Assembly (NCBI GenBank): GCA_014360015.1
Contig: JACIYJ010000003.1
Coordinates: forward strand, 6,197 to 70,196
Source: Candidatus Aminicenantes bacterium
Lineage (GTDB): Bacteria; Acidobacteriota; Aminicenantia; Aminicenantales; Saccharicenantaceae
Length of the DNA: 64,000 nucleotides
Reading direction: 5' to 3'
Position 1 is the first letter of the stretch, and each line of letters opens with the position of its first letter. This document shows, piece after piece, positions 38,223-47,389 of the stretch. The translations under genes were made by a program, and so were the position numbers. The notes below the pieces were generated by a model. The model worked only from the letters and a program-made list of their open reading frames with translations, made no database searches and was not told where the DNA came from.

Positions 38223-39019
38223 ATGATAATCTTTTCGGCGATAAGCTTTTCGGCCAGAAGGTCAGCCTGTTCCTCGACTGACTCTCCCTGGATGATTTCA
38301 CACTTACCGGCACGCGGCGGTGGGGTAGCAATTTTGACCACCCGCGTCGGCGAGCCATCCAAGCCTATAAGCTTGGGGTCTACATCTAAATCCTTGGCAG
38401 TCCAGGTAGGAATCTGAGCTTTCTGTGCTCGCCTGATGCCCAGGATGGTCGGATATCTCGGCTGGTTAATATCTTTAACCACCGTAATTAAACAGGGCAG
38501 AGCTGATTGAACAACTTCCCGTCCTTCTTCTACCAATCTCTCCACCTCAATGCGCTTTTTCTCAAAATCAATGCTGGAGATTTTGCAGACGTAAGTCAGC
38601 TGGTTTATCTGAAGCTGGGTGGCAATCCCCGGTCCGGTCTGACCAGTATCCCCGTCAATAGCCTGCCGGCCACAAAAAATGACATCAAAGTCACCGATCT
38701 TTCTTATAGCCCTCGACAGTGTATAAGCTGTAGCCCAGGTATCGGCACCGGCAAAGGCCGGATCGCTCAAAAGAATGGCTTCATCAGCGCCCATGGCCAC
38801 AGCCTCTTTTAAAGCATTAATGGCCTGTGGCGGGCCCATGGTTATGACCGTGACTTTACCACCGAACTTCTCTCTCAACCTGAGAGCTTCTTCGATGGCA
38901 TAAGTATCAAAAGGATTGATAATGCTGGGCACCCCATCCCGGATGAGTGTTCCCCTTTCCGGGTCGATCTTGACCTCGGTCGTATCCGGGACTTGCTTGA
39001 TGCAAACGATAGCGTGCAC
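38219..39019 (-). CDS. etfB: electron transfer flavoprotein beta subunit (FixA-like)
   Basis: 266 aa; conserved EtfB N-terminus (IVCIKQVPDT...) and 4-nt overlap with etfA. Confidence 0.85.
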   Translation of the reverse strand: MHAIVCIKQVPDTTEVKIDPERGTLIRDGVPSIINPFDTYAIEEALRLREKFGGKVTVITMGPPQAINALKEAVAMGADEAILLSDPAFAGADTWATAYTLSRAIRKIGDFDVIFCGRQAIDGDTGQTGPGIATQLQINQLTYVCKISSIDFEKKRIEVERLVEEGREVVQSALPCLITVVKDINQPRYPTILGIRRAQKAQIPTWTAKDLDVDPKLIGLDGSPTRVVKIATPPPRAGKCEIIQGESVEEQADLLAEKLIAEKIII

Positions 39020-39236
39020 TTTCTTCCCTCCGAATTAAAATCATCTAAGAGCATTGCCTGACCGGCGTAAGCACATTATTCGTTACTCACACTATCTTTA
39101 GCTCAAAAACTCAAATCGAACACCCAAATAAAAATCATCTTAGCCCGATTATCAGGGCATTTCACAGCCAGAGGCCATAAACAGGCCTGCTTTGGCAAAT
39201 TTCCGAAAAATATAATTCAGATTAGGAAATAAGTCA

Positions 39237-39386
39237 AGAAGCCACCGCGGCAAATACCCTGACTCCCGCCTGGTTCGTCACCACCCTCACGGAATTTAGA
39301 TGGTCTGTAGTGTAATAATACAGCTGGTTGCTCTGCGGCTGATACTCAGCCAGAAGTTTATCCCCGAGATAAATATAATCCCTCGT
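39237..39386 (-). pseudogene. RHS repeat-associated core domain remnant (50-codon fragment bounded by stops)
   Basis: Minus-strand translation TRDYIYLGDKLLAEYQPQSNQLYYYTTDHLNSVRVVTNQAGVRVFAAVAS contains the RHS core hallmark YYYxxDHLxSxRxxTxxxG. An in-frame stop lies directly upstream (39387-39389) and the frame ends at 39234-39236; no intact RHS gene is present. Confidence 0.5.
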
Positions 39387-39439
39387 TCACTCCCCAAGCC
39401 CATTATATTCCGTCCAAAGAATAATTCTTTCTGGTTAAA

Positions 39440-40900
39440 CTTGCTATGTCAAGGGTGATCATATTTTATCTTCTGTTTCGCTAATTAATTCATTCTTAAT
39501 TCTTATTTTAGGCCCCTAATCTCATAATTAAAGATTCAGTCATGGCAATATAATGTTTTTCGTGGTTATAAGTTTTTCCTTCTTTCCATAATTTAAATAA
39601 AATCTTTATCCAAATGTTTCCAACGCAGCGGAGAGCATGATAGTGTTTTTTACCTTCTTTCCTTTTGCGGTCATAATAAAGGCGGGCCCAGGGTTGATAT
39701 AAGAGCGTTGAATAAGCCAATTGGGTAAACAGATCTCTAGCCCATTTGATACAACCCTTCCGGAAATGAACGAACCTGAATTTACCACTCTGATATGTAG
39801 CGGGGCTCATTCCGGCAGCTGCTTGAGCTTCTCGAAAATCCTTCCATTCGCGGTGATAAAAATAAATTAATATTCCGATACGACTCTTAAGGCCTAGGCC
39901 TTTAATCCCTTCCAGGGGCCTGAGTTCTTCTACCTCTTCACTGGCTTTCTCTAACCTCTTCTCATAATCTTTGATTAATCTTCCTATTTGCAGTAGCTGC
40001 TGGGTGATAGCTTGAGCCAGATGGCTTCGAACCTCTACCAGAATAGGACGGACTTGAAAAGAGGAGCGCAAGTTTTCGTATACCTTCAATGCATAAGAAT
40101 CTGAATAAACATGTAGGGTCTCAAAGAAAGCTGTAAGATCTGAGAGGGAAAGCTGTTGAGCCTCTCGTGAGGTAGGATACCTTTTTAGAAAAGCTAAAGC
40201 AGCAGGAGAAAAAGGATCCTCAAAACAATTAAGGAAAGCAGGATAGTACTCTTTAAGGACAGAGGAAAGTCTATTCTTTAGTCTGGTCTGCTCCTTCAAA
40301 AGAACTTCCAAGTCATTCCATAAAAGCTTCAAACGCTCCACCTTCTCTGGCAAAGGTTTAATCAACGGCAAAGAATTTTTATCACTCCGCAAAACTTGTG
40401 CTAACACATAGGCATCAAACCGGTCATCCTTGACTCTGCTGCTTTTATACCTGCCTCTGAAAGAAGAAACGCGGTTAGGATTAAGCCAATAGAGTCTGTA
40501 GCCCTGGCTTAATAAAAAATCAACCAGAGGAGAACGATAAGTCTCAATAGCCAACTCAATCTCGGGGTAACAGCGAGCTCGCTCAAGGAGTTCATAAAAC
40601 CCTTTGCTCGTTTTCTTAATGGAAAACTCTTCCAGCACCTTTGCCTCTTGGTCGACAAAACAGACCTGAAAACTTCTGTCTGACCAGTCAATCCCTCCGT
40701 AAACCATATTACCTCCCTTAATTTAGTGTGGTAGAATACGGATGGTTAGAAAATCGCTTTATATGGGTCTTCTTTTCCTGAAAGAGGAAAAGAGACATCT
40801 TGCTATGGATTTTCAAACCAGGGGTGAAGAGACAGTTTAACCCAGGCCTGAAGGCAAGACATGGTAGGTCTTCTTCACCCCTTATCATCCTAATAATCCT
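39440..40900 (-). mobile_element. IS110-family insertion sequence (approximate boundaries)
   Basis: Contains the intact transposase (39508-40707) plus an upstream structured region with two inverted-repeat hairpins (40768-40796; 40821-40833 with 40868-40881), as is common upstream of IS110-family transposase genes. IS110 elements lack obvious terminal IRs, so the ends cannot be set by eye. Confidence 0.5.
39508..40707 (-). CDS. IS110-family (DEDD) transposase
   Basis: 399 aa; N-terminal GIDWSDRSFQVCFVD (DEDD_Tnp_IS110) and C-terminal ELRPLEGIKGLGLKSRIGILIYF and MSPATYQSGKFR (Transposase_20) signatures. Confidence 0.85.
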   Translation of the reverse strand: MVYGGIDWSDRSFQVCFVDQEAKVLEEFSIKKTSKGFYELLERARCYPEIELAIETYRSPLVDFLLSQGYRLYWLNPNRVSSFRGRYKSSRVKDDRFDAYVLAQVLRSDKNSLPLIKPLPEKVERLKLLWNDLEVLLKEQTRLKNRLSSVLKEYYPAFLNCFEDPFSPAALAFLKRYPTSREAQQLSLSDLTAFFETLHVYSDSYALKVYENLRSSFQVRPILVEVRSHLAQAITQQLLQIGRLIKDYEKRLEKASEEVEELRPLEGIKGLGLKSRIGILIYFYHREWKDFREAQAAAGMSPATYQSGKFRFVHFRKGCIKWARDLFTQLAYSTLLYQPWARLYYDRKRKEGKKHYHALRCVGNIWIKILFKLWKEGKTYNHEKHYIAMTESLIMRLGA

Positions 40901-41516
40901 ACCCGGTTGCATATTATAATCATTAACCTAATCCATAACATTAACATATAAGGACAAGGTGTCCAGGATAGGGAATCAATAAGCTCTGGCCTCGGAGTTC
41001 TATACTTTGGGATGGAACATAGAGGCTTTCGGGAATTTTTTAATCTGGCATTCATATTGGTTTGATTTTATGTAAGCGAATTTATCCTGGTTTCATCCCA
41101 GAGTCAGAGGCCGTTCCCTAATTTCAATCATCCCGATGACCCAAAGCAAGGCAGAAATCTCTTCTGTACCTGGTGGATTTCCTGTCTGCCTTCCTCAACA
41201 GATAGGAATATATCCTCAAGACAAAAGCAACTACATCAAATCTCATATATCTATTTTTTTCTTTAAGCATCATATCTTCCGGCTCAATAAAAATTTTTCC
41301 AACTTTTACTTTTTTTACTTTATATTTTTCTATCGGGTTGCTATTCCTGCGGTTCTTAACTAAAATTTATCTCCACCCTGAGTCCAGGAAAGATCCGGAG
41401 TTTCAATTACTCCAGTTTTACCTGCAGATTAAGCAGTAAAATTATTTTTTAGACAGGAAATTTGAATATAAGAGGAAAAGGAATTAAAAAAATTAATAAT
41501 TTTCGAGGCCAGAAAA

Positions 41517-42704
41517 ATGAGCGAAAAAAAATATGATTTTGACAGTGGAATTGACCGGCGCAATACCTGTTCTCTTAAATGGGATTTTTGCGAGCACGTC
41601 CTCGGAGTGCCAGATGTCATCCCGATGTGGGTGGCTGATATGGATTTCCCAGCCCCACCCGAAGTGGTCGAAGCTATCAAGAAAAGAGCTGAACACGGAG
41701 CTTATGGCTATCCCTTTATTCCCAGGTCTTTCTGGACCTCTATTATCAACTGGATGAAGATGCGTCATAACTGGGAAATAAAACGCGAATGGTTGTCCAG
41801 GGCCCCAGGAGTCGTTCCGGCGCTCAATATTTGCGTTCAGACCTACACGGCGCCAGGGGATAAAATAATCGTCCAGAGCCCGGTTTATTACCCATTCTTT
41901 TCCGCAGTGGAAAACAACGGCCGCCGGGTAGTCAAAAATCCCCTGGTCTATAAAAACAACCGCTGGCAGATGGACTTTGATGACCTTAAAAGAAAAATTG
42001 ACCACCGGACCCGAATGCTCATTCTATGTAGCCCACACAATCCTGTGGGGCGAGTCTGGGAACGGCAGGAGCTTGAAGCTCTGGCCGAAATCTGCCTGAA
42101 GCATGACCTGCTCATCGTCTCCGATGAAATTCATGCCGAGCATGTTTATAAAGGGCACAAACATATTCCGATCGCCTCTCTTTCGCCTGAGGTAGCCGCC
42201 CGGACTATCACTCTGACGGCACCCAGCAAGGCCTTTAACATTGCCGGTCTGACCACTTCAGTGGTGATAATCCCTAACACAAAACTGCTCAACCTCTACA
42301 AGATTCAACTGGAAAACCTGGGCCTTACCGTAAACAACATTTTTGGCCTGGTGGCTTTGGAAGCAGCCTATACCCACGGTGCAGCCTGGCTCGACCAGCT
42401 GGTAGAGTATCTTGAAGGCAATATGGAATTCGCCCGCCGCTATTTTGAAGAACGTATCCCGGAAATAAAATTCCTCAAGCCTGAAGGCACTTATTTAGCT
42501 CTGCTGGACTGTCGGGCTTTGAGCCTGCCCCAGAAAGAACTGAATGAGTTCTTCCTTAAGAAAGCTCGCGTCTATTTTGATGAAGGTCCGATTTTTGGTG
42601 AGGAGCTGGTAGGCTTCGAGCGGATGAACTTAGCCTGTCCCCGGCAAACTCTGGAAGAAGCCCTGAGGCGCATAGAAAAAGCTCTGTCCGAGCTCAGGGT
42701 TTAA
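41517..42704 (+). CDS. PLP-dependent C-S lyase, MalY/PatB family (cystathionine beta-lyase-like aminotransferase class I/II)
   Basis: 395 aa; characteristic N-terminus YDFDSGIDRRNTCSLKWD and PLP lysine context SKAFNIAGL. Confidence 0.8.
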   Translation: MSEKKYDFDSGIDRRNTCSLKWDFCEHVLGVPDVIPMWVADMDFPAPPEVVEAIKKRAEHGAYGYPFIPRSFWTSIINWMKMRHNWEIKREWLSRAPGVVPALNICVQTYTAPGDKIIVQSPVYYPFFSAVENNGRRVVKNPLVYKNNRWQMDFDDLKRKIDHRTRMLILCSPHNPVGRVWERQELEALAEICLKHDLLIVSDEIHAEHVYKGHKHIPIASLSPEVAARTITLTAPSKAFNIAGLTTSVVIIPNTKLLNLYKIQLENLGLTVNNIFGLVALEAAYTHGAAWLDQLVEYLEGNMEFARRYFEERIPEIKFLKPEGTYLALLDCRALSLPQKELNEFFLKKARVYFDEGPIFGEELVGFERMNLACPRQTLEEALRRIEKALSELRV

Positions 42705-42855
42705 TACAAACGCAGTCTTTCAATTTTTATTTACAACCTTTTTCTCAAACGGTTCTGGCTTTTGTGAGATGAACTTTTTTGCTAAGGTTATTAATTAAAT
42801 AAGAATTTAAAATGGTAAATTTTCGAAAGATCGCCTGATAAGTTATAATTTTTGT

Positions 42856-43590
42856 ATGAAGTTGCCCTACGTTCCCTCTCCCGACCTACTTAACCGTTCT
42901 CGTTTTTGCATCATCCTGGTCAATCCGGAGAATCAGGAAAATATTGGCCTGGTCGCCCGGGCAATGAAGAACACCGGGTTTTCATCACTGAGGCTTGTCG
43001 GGCTAAAAGAACTTCAGCCCGAGGCCTTCAGAACAGCCGTCCATTCTGAAGACCTGCTGAGAAAAGCCAGTTTTTTCTCGACCCTCAGCCAAGCGGTGGC
43101 TGACCTCAACTTAGTCCTGGCTTCAACCGTTCGCCAGAGAAAAGCCTTCAAAGTTCTAACCATCGATGAAGCTGTGGAAAAAATAAAGGCTTTTCCCGCA
43201 GAAACAAAAATTGGGCTGGTCTTCGGCAATGAACGAACCGGTCTCAGCGATATTGAACTCAGGCAGGCTAATTTTGTTTATTTTATCCCGCAGGTCAGCC
43301 GGCAGCCGTCATACAACTTAGCCGCCGCCGTCCTCATCACCCTTTACACTCTGTTCCGCCAATCAACCTCTGAACTTATTCCGCAGTCAGCTCCACCCAT
43401 TTCCAGAAAAGAGCAGGATGATTGTATTAAGATTATCCTGAAAAAGCTGGAGAAGAAAGGTTTCATGCAGGAAACCAACCGCGAGCATGTGACCAATCTG
43501 CTCTATGATCTTTTTGGCCGGTTGGCTCTATCCGAGCGCGATCGACGATTCCTCCTGGCTGTCTTCAACAAGGGCCTTGACCGGGAATAG
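42856..43590 (+). CDS. SpoU/TrmH-family RNA 2'-O-methyltransferase (TrmJ-like)
   Basis: 244 aa; SPOUT motifs ILVNPENQENIGLVARAMKNTG, VFGNERTGLS, NLAAAV. Confidence 0.75.
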   Translation: MKLPYVPSPDLLNRSRFCIILVNPENQENIGLVARAMKNTGFSSLRLVGLKELQPEAFRTAVHSEDLLRKASFFSTLSQAVADLNLVLASTVRQRKAFKVLTIDEAVEKIKAFPAETKIGLVFGNERTGLSDIELRQANFVYFIPQVSRQPSYNLAAAVLITLYTLFRQSTSELIPQSAPPISRKEQDDCIKIILKKLEKKGFMQETNREHVTNLLYDLFGRLALSERDRRFLLAVFNKGLDRE

Positions 43591-43982
43591 ATTCACCCTC
43601 AGGAAAATCCTCTGCTAATTCTTTTGCAGTGAAGTCCTGTAAACTATATCCTTGTTTTATAACAAAAGAAGATATAAATTCTAACTTTGCCTTTTTCCAA
43701 TTAGTTAACTCTTGTAGATTATTTTTACACCCACCTGAAGCCAGTCTTTTTGAGCGGCTTAAGAAAAGCGACCCAAAATAATATCTGCTGCTCTCCGAAA
43801 AATTCCAATCCAGCGAACTCAGTAATTTTTTAGGTTTCTATCCCCTGGATAAATAGTTAGGTTAGGCGGATTGTCAAGAATTCTTAACCGAGTTTACAAA
43901 TAAAATATCAAAGGGATTAATATAAAAAATTGTCTAATTAGTAGAAAGGAAATTTAACCCTCCATCTCACCTCCATCAGCCC

Positions 43983-44012
43983 GCCTGATGCCGGCTGGCA
44001 TCAGGCTTTTTT
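43983..44012 (+). terminator. strong rho-independent terminator not attached to any annotated CDS
   Basis: Perfect 10-bp stem GCCTGATGCC / GGCATCAGGC with GGCT loop, then TTTTTT (44007-44012); lies 390 bp downstream of the trmJ-like stop. Confidence 0.55.
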
Positions 44013-44147
44013 ATGCAAGATTATATTTTTTTGAAATTTCTGGCTATTTTTGAATAAAGTTAGCCAGTAAAAGGACTCCTGGCGGTTTATTGATTCAGCA
44101 ACTTGTTGTATTCTATTATAAGTTGTATTCTATAAATTGAGTTAATT

Positions 44148-44546
44148 ATGGATAAAGAAAAAAGGTTTGTTCTCGGGTTGGTAATCATTGCTGTCATCAA
44201 CCTTTTCATTGCCTTGATGACCATCTTCTTCTGGGTTGGTCATCTCCTGGCTCATCGCTTTCCCAAAACCCTGCCTGTCCCGGATAACCTCTACAATTCT
44301 TTTGCCATTCCAGACTTCGTCCTGGCTGTTTTTCTGATTATCGGCTCCTATGGACTGCTCCGCTTCAGCAAAACAGGTTATGTTTTCACTCTGATTGGAA
44401 TCGGTATGTGGCTGTTCGATGTGCTCCTGGTAGCCGGTTTGACCGGATTTTTTAAAATGAGCATCGTCATCCCCAGTCTCCTTTTCTGTCTTTGGGCTAT
44501 ATTCTACCTTTGGAAAAAGCGCCAGATCTTCCAGCTATTCTCCTGA
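44148..44546 (+). CDS. hypothetical small membrane protein (4 TM helices)
   Basis: 132-aa ORF with four hydrophobic helices; overlaps the 5' end of the permease fragment in another frame. Could instead be a shadow of the decayed permease 5' region. Confidence 0.3.
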   Translation: MDKEKRFVLGLVIIAVINLFIALMTIFFWVGHLLAHRFPKTLPVPDNLYNSFAIPDFVLAVFLIIGSYGLLRFSKTGYVFTLIGIGMWLFDVLLVAGLTGFFKMSIVIPSLLFCLWAIFYLWKKRQIFQLFS

Positions 44547-45823
44547 AAATCGGTTTTTTTCGCACACCGGCCATGGTGGCTTTAGCCACCAGAACTCCTC
44601 TTCTTTTTTTCATCGCTTGGGTGGCCGGAGGACTCATAACTCTAATCGGAGCCCTGACCTTCGCTGAAATCGGCGCTCGTTTTCCTGAGCCCGGTTCATA
44701 CTACCAGGTTGTAGCCAGCACCTACGGGTCACTCCTGGCCTTCATGCTCAACTGAGCTAATGTTTTTATCATCAACACAGCGAGTGGTGCGGGCGTGGCT
44801 CTGATAGGTGCTGAGTACATCACGCCTATCTTGCTTCCGGACAGAGCCCAAACTACTAAAAACACCCTGTTGATTGCGGCCCTGATGGTTACCCTGCTGG
44901 TTATCCTGAATTACGTGGGCATTAAATCTGGAGCCTGGGTACAGAATATTCTAAGCCTGTCAAAAATAGTACTCTTAGTCATTCTGGCAGTGGCCGGGAT
45001 TATTAGCAACCAGAGCAGTCCAGCGGTTCGAGCCTCCTCGCTCCCACTTTCAAACCACTGGTGGGTAGCTCTTGGTCTGGGATTTATTTCAGTTTTCTTT
45101 AGTTATGGCGGCTATCAACAGACCATTAATCTTGGCGCTGACCTGAAAGATTCACGTCGCAACTTTCCTCGGGCTGTAATCATCGGTATGCTCATAGTGA
45201 TTTTTTGTTACCTGAGCATTAATGTAGCTTACTGGAGGGTTCTGGGAATTCCAGACATGGCTTCAACCAAACTCGTGGCAGCCGAAACGGCCAGAAAAGT
45301 TTTCGGCCAGGCCGGAGCTAACCTGGTCTCGGTGGCTATTTTCCTGTCGGCGCTCGGCTTTCTCAACGCCATTCTGATGCAGCTTCCCCGCACTTATTTA
45401 GCTATGGCCGAAGACCGAACCCTGCCGGCTGTTTTCAAAAAAGTCAACCCCAGGACTCAAGTTCAGGAGTTTGGTCTGCTGTTTCTTGGTGGCTTTATGC
45501 TCCTGAGTTTAATTTTCCTGCGCACTTTTGAAAACATCGTCAACTATGTGATGTTTCTGGACAGCATAGGAATCGCTGTGGTAGCCTCCACCATTTTTAT
45601 CCTGCGTAAACGTCCCAGAGAAAGTGGCCAGGAATATAAAGGATTCAGAATTCCGCTTTATCCTATGCTACCGGCCGTGTTCATTTTTTTCCTGTTGAGC
45701 ATTACAGTCAATGTGCTTTTCTCTCAATCCCGACAGGCGCTTCTCGGCTCGATTTTTCTTCTGCTCGGTTTTCCCCTTTACTTAGTGATGCGTCACCTGT
45801 CAAATCACAACCAAAAGAAATGA
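44492..45823 (+). pseudogene. APC-family amino-acid permease, disrupted by an in-frame TGA at 44753-44755 and lacking the first TM segment
   Basis: Track ORFs 44492-44755 and 44795-45823 are in the same frame, separated only by TGA: ...LAFMLN*ANVFIINTASGAG.... Both parts carry APC-permease TM patterns. No plausible N-terminal TM1 precedes 44492. Confidence 0.55.
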
Positions 45824-45962
45824 ATTAATGAAGTAAACTAAAAACTCCAGTTTCCTAACTATCTTCTCCCGGCTTACTGCCTTTCGCCACTATTATTTCT
45901 GACCGCTTTAACACCTTTTCCCTTTGCCCTTTCGTCTAATTTACCCGGCCCTAATTTGCAAT

Positions 45963-47057
45963 TTACAAATTAAAACCAAAAGTCAGGCCACAGTAAGGGT
46001 CAAAATATCGCTGACCTTTGAACTCTTTGGTCCTTAAGACCCAGTAAAAACTCAGAGTAGCTTCAGCACTGCGATAAACTAAGCCTGAAATCAGCTGGCC
46101 GTAGAAATGATTTAATTCAACACCATGGCCATCAGCAAAAGTACTTCCCTCAAGAAGGAGATTCCTGGCCACGACCTTACCTTCAAACCTCAAAAAGGCG
46201 TAAACTGAAGTTCTGGTCGCTTCTGCTAAGTCCAGTTGGCCAAATAAAGGTGCCCAAGAAAAAGAATCAGCTTCGGGATGAAGATTGAACCCAAATCTCA
46301 AATCTAAAACGGCCTCGACCGCAGTCATCAAATTGCCCAGCTCTCCTCCCACTCCGGCTTTAACCGCAGGCGACCAGCCAGAAGCTGCCTTTCGCCGGGC
46401 AACTAAGGTCCAGAAACGATTAAACCATATCTCCAGAATCGGCTCATCTTTGAGCTGATTTTCCCAGCCCTGAGGATAAGTCCAGCCATAAGTTTTGTGC
46501 AACCATCTCTGAAGAGCGCCGGCATAAGAATGCGGTCCGACCAATCCAGAAGCCAGTCCCAGGCTGTCCTGGCTTCGCCCAGTACTTTTGACCAGAGTCA
46601 GACCAGCATACAGAAGTCCGGCATAGGGACGGTCATAAGGTATGATTTCTTTTCTGGTCAGGTCAGCCGGAGTAAACATCCCCTGAGCCAGAGAAAAAAC
46701 ACCCCATCGCCGGCAGGCGGAGCCAGGCCCAGAGCCAACCTCTTCTCGCTCCTCGCTTCCGAGAAATCGGAGGTTGAGACAATATAGAAACCTGATGAAA
46801 GGCGATTTTGATTTTTTATCAAGTTCGGGTGAAATCCAGCTAAAACCGATTCCATTGGTATAGCCTTCATCCTGAGTGAACCAGACATCATTCTCAAGAT
46901 TAAAAACAAAACTTCCCTTGCCCTTTGCCCGTGAAGGGTATTCATCCAAATGGACTGCAATCAGCTGCCCGTTCAGGCCTAAGAGAAAAAGAAAGAAAAG
47001 AACTCCTAAAGTATGCTTCTTGACTCTGAACAGGAATAAAACAGCTTTATGTTTCAT
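45963..47057 (-). CDS. outer-membrane beta-barrel protein, possibly LpxR-family lipid A 3'-O-deacylase
   Basis: 364 aa; signal peptide; N-terminal NLENDVWFTQDEGYTNGIGFSW resembles the LpxR/DUF2219 N-terminal motif; C-terminal ...FGFNL ends in an aromatic-X-aliphatic barrel signature. Family call is by recollection only. Confidence 0.4.
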   Translation of the reverse strand: MKHKAVLFLFRVKKHTLGVLFFLFLLGLNGQLIAVHLDEYPSRAKGKGSFVFNLENDVWFTQDEGYTNGIGFSWISPELDKKSKSPFIRFLYCLNLRFLGSEEREEVGSGPGSACRRWGVFSLAQGMFTPADLTRKEIIPYDRPYAGLLYAGLTLVKSTGRSQDSLGLASGLVGPHSYAGALQRWLHKTYGWTYPQGWENQLKDEPILEIWFNRFWTLVARRKAASGWSPAVKAGVGGELGNLMTAVEAVLDLRFGFNLHPEADSFSWAPLFGQLDLAEATRTSVYAFLRFEGKVVARNLLLEGSTFADGHGVELNHFYGQLISGLVYRSAEATLSFYWVLRTKEFKGQRYFDPYCGLTFGFNL

Positions 47058-47118
47058 CTATCTTTCTATTTATTAGCTAATCGGCCCAGTTTCTATTATC
47101 GTTAAGATAATTTTCATA

Positions 47119-47140
47119 ATTACTACTAAATTACTACTAA
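47119..47140. repeat. tandem 11-bp direct repeat ATTACTACTAA x2
   Basis: Read directly in the intergenic region between the LpxR-like gene and the POT transporter. Confidence 0.5.
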
Positions 47141-47389
47141 TTCCTTGCCTTAATCCTTATTCCTTAATTTTCAAACTTATTCAGCTATCTCATTGAGTCT
47201 GCCTGCTAAAAGCCCTTAAATATAATCGGAAAGCCTGGATTAACGCCTGAATTTTAAAACCTCTGCCTTAAGCTATCCGCAAAGGGCATCCGCCTGCCTT
47301 TCATATTCACTCCATTTATTTTTAGCCACCAAATCTCTGATCGGTTCTTATTTTCTTAATTCTTCCAGAATAATCGTTCTGACTGAATC

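Noticed and set aside
44753-44755. Possibility that in-frame TGA signals an alternative genetic code (UGA = Trp/Gly) or selenocysteine.
   Set aside because: TGA is the terminator of multiple well-supported genes in this window. No SECIS-like hairpin follows. A TGG-to-TGA lesion or base-call error is the simpler explanation.
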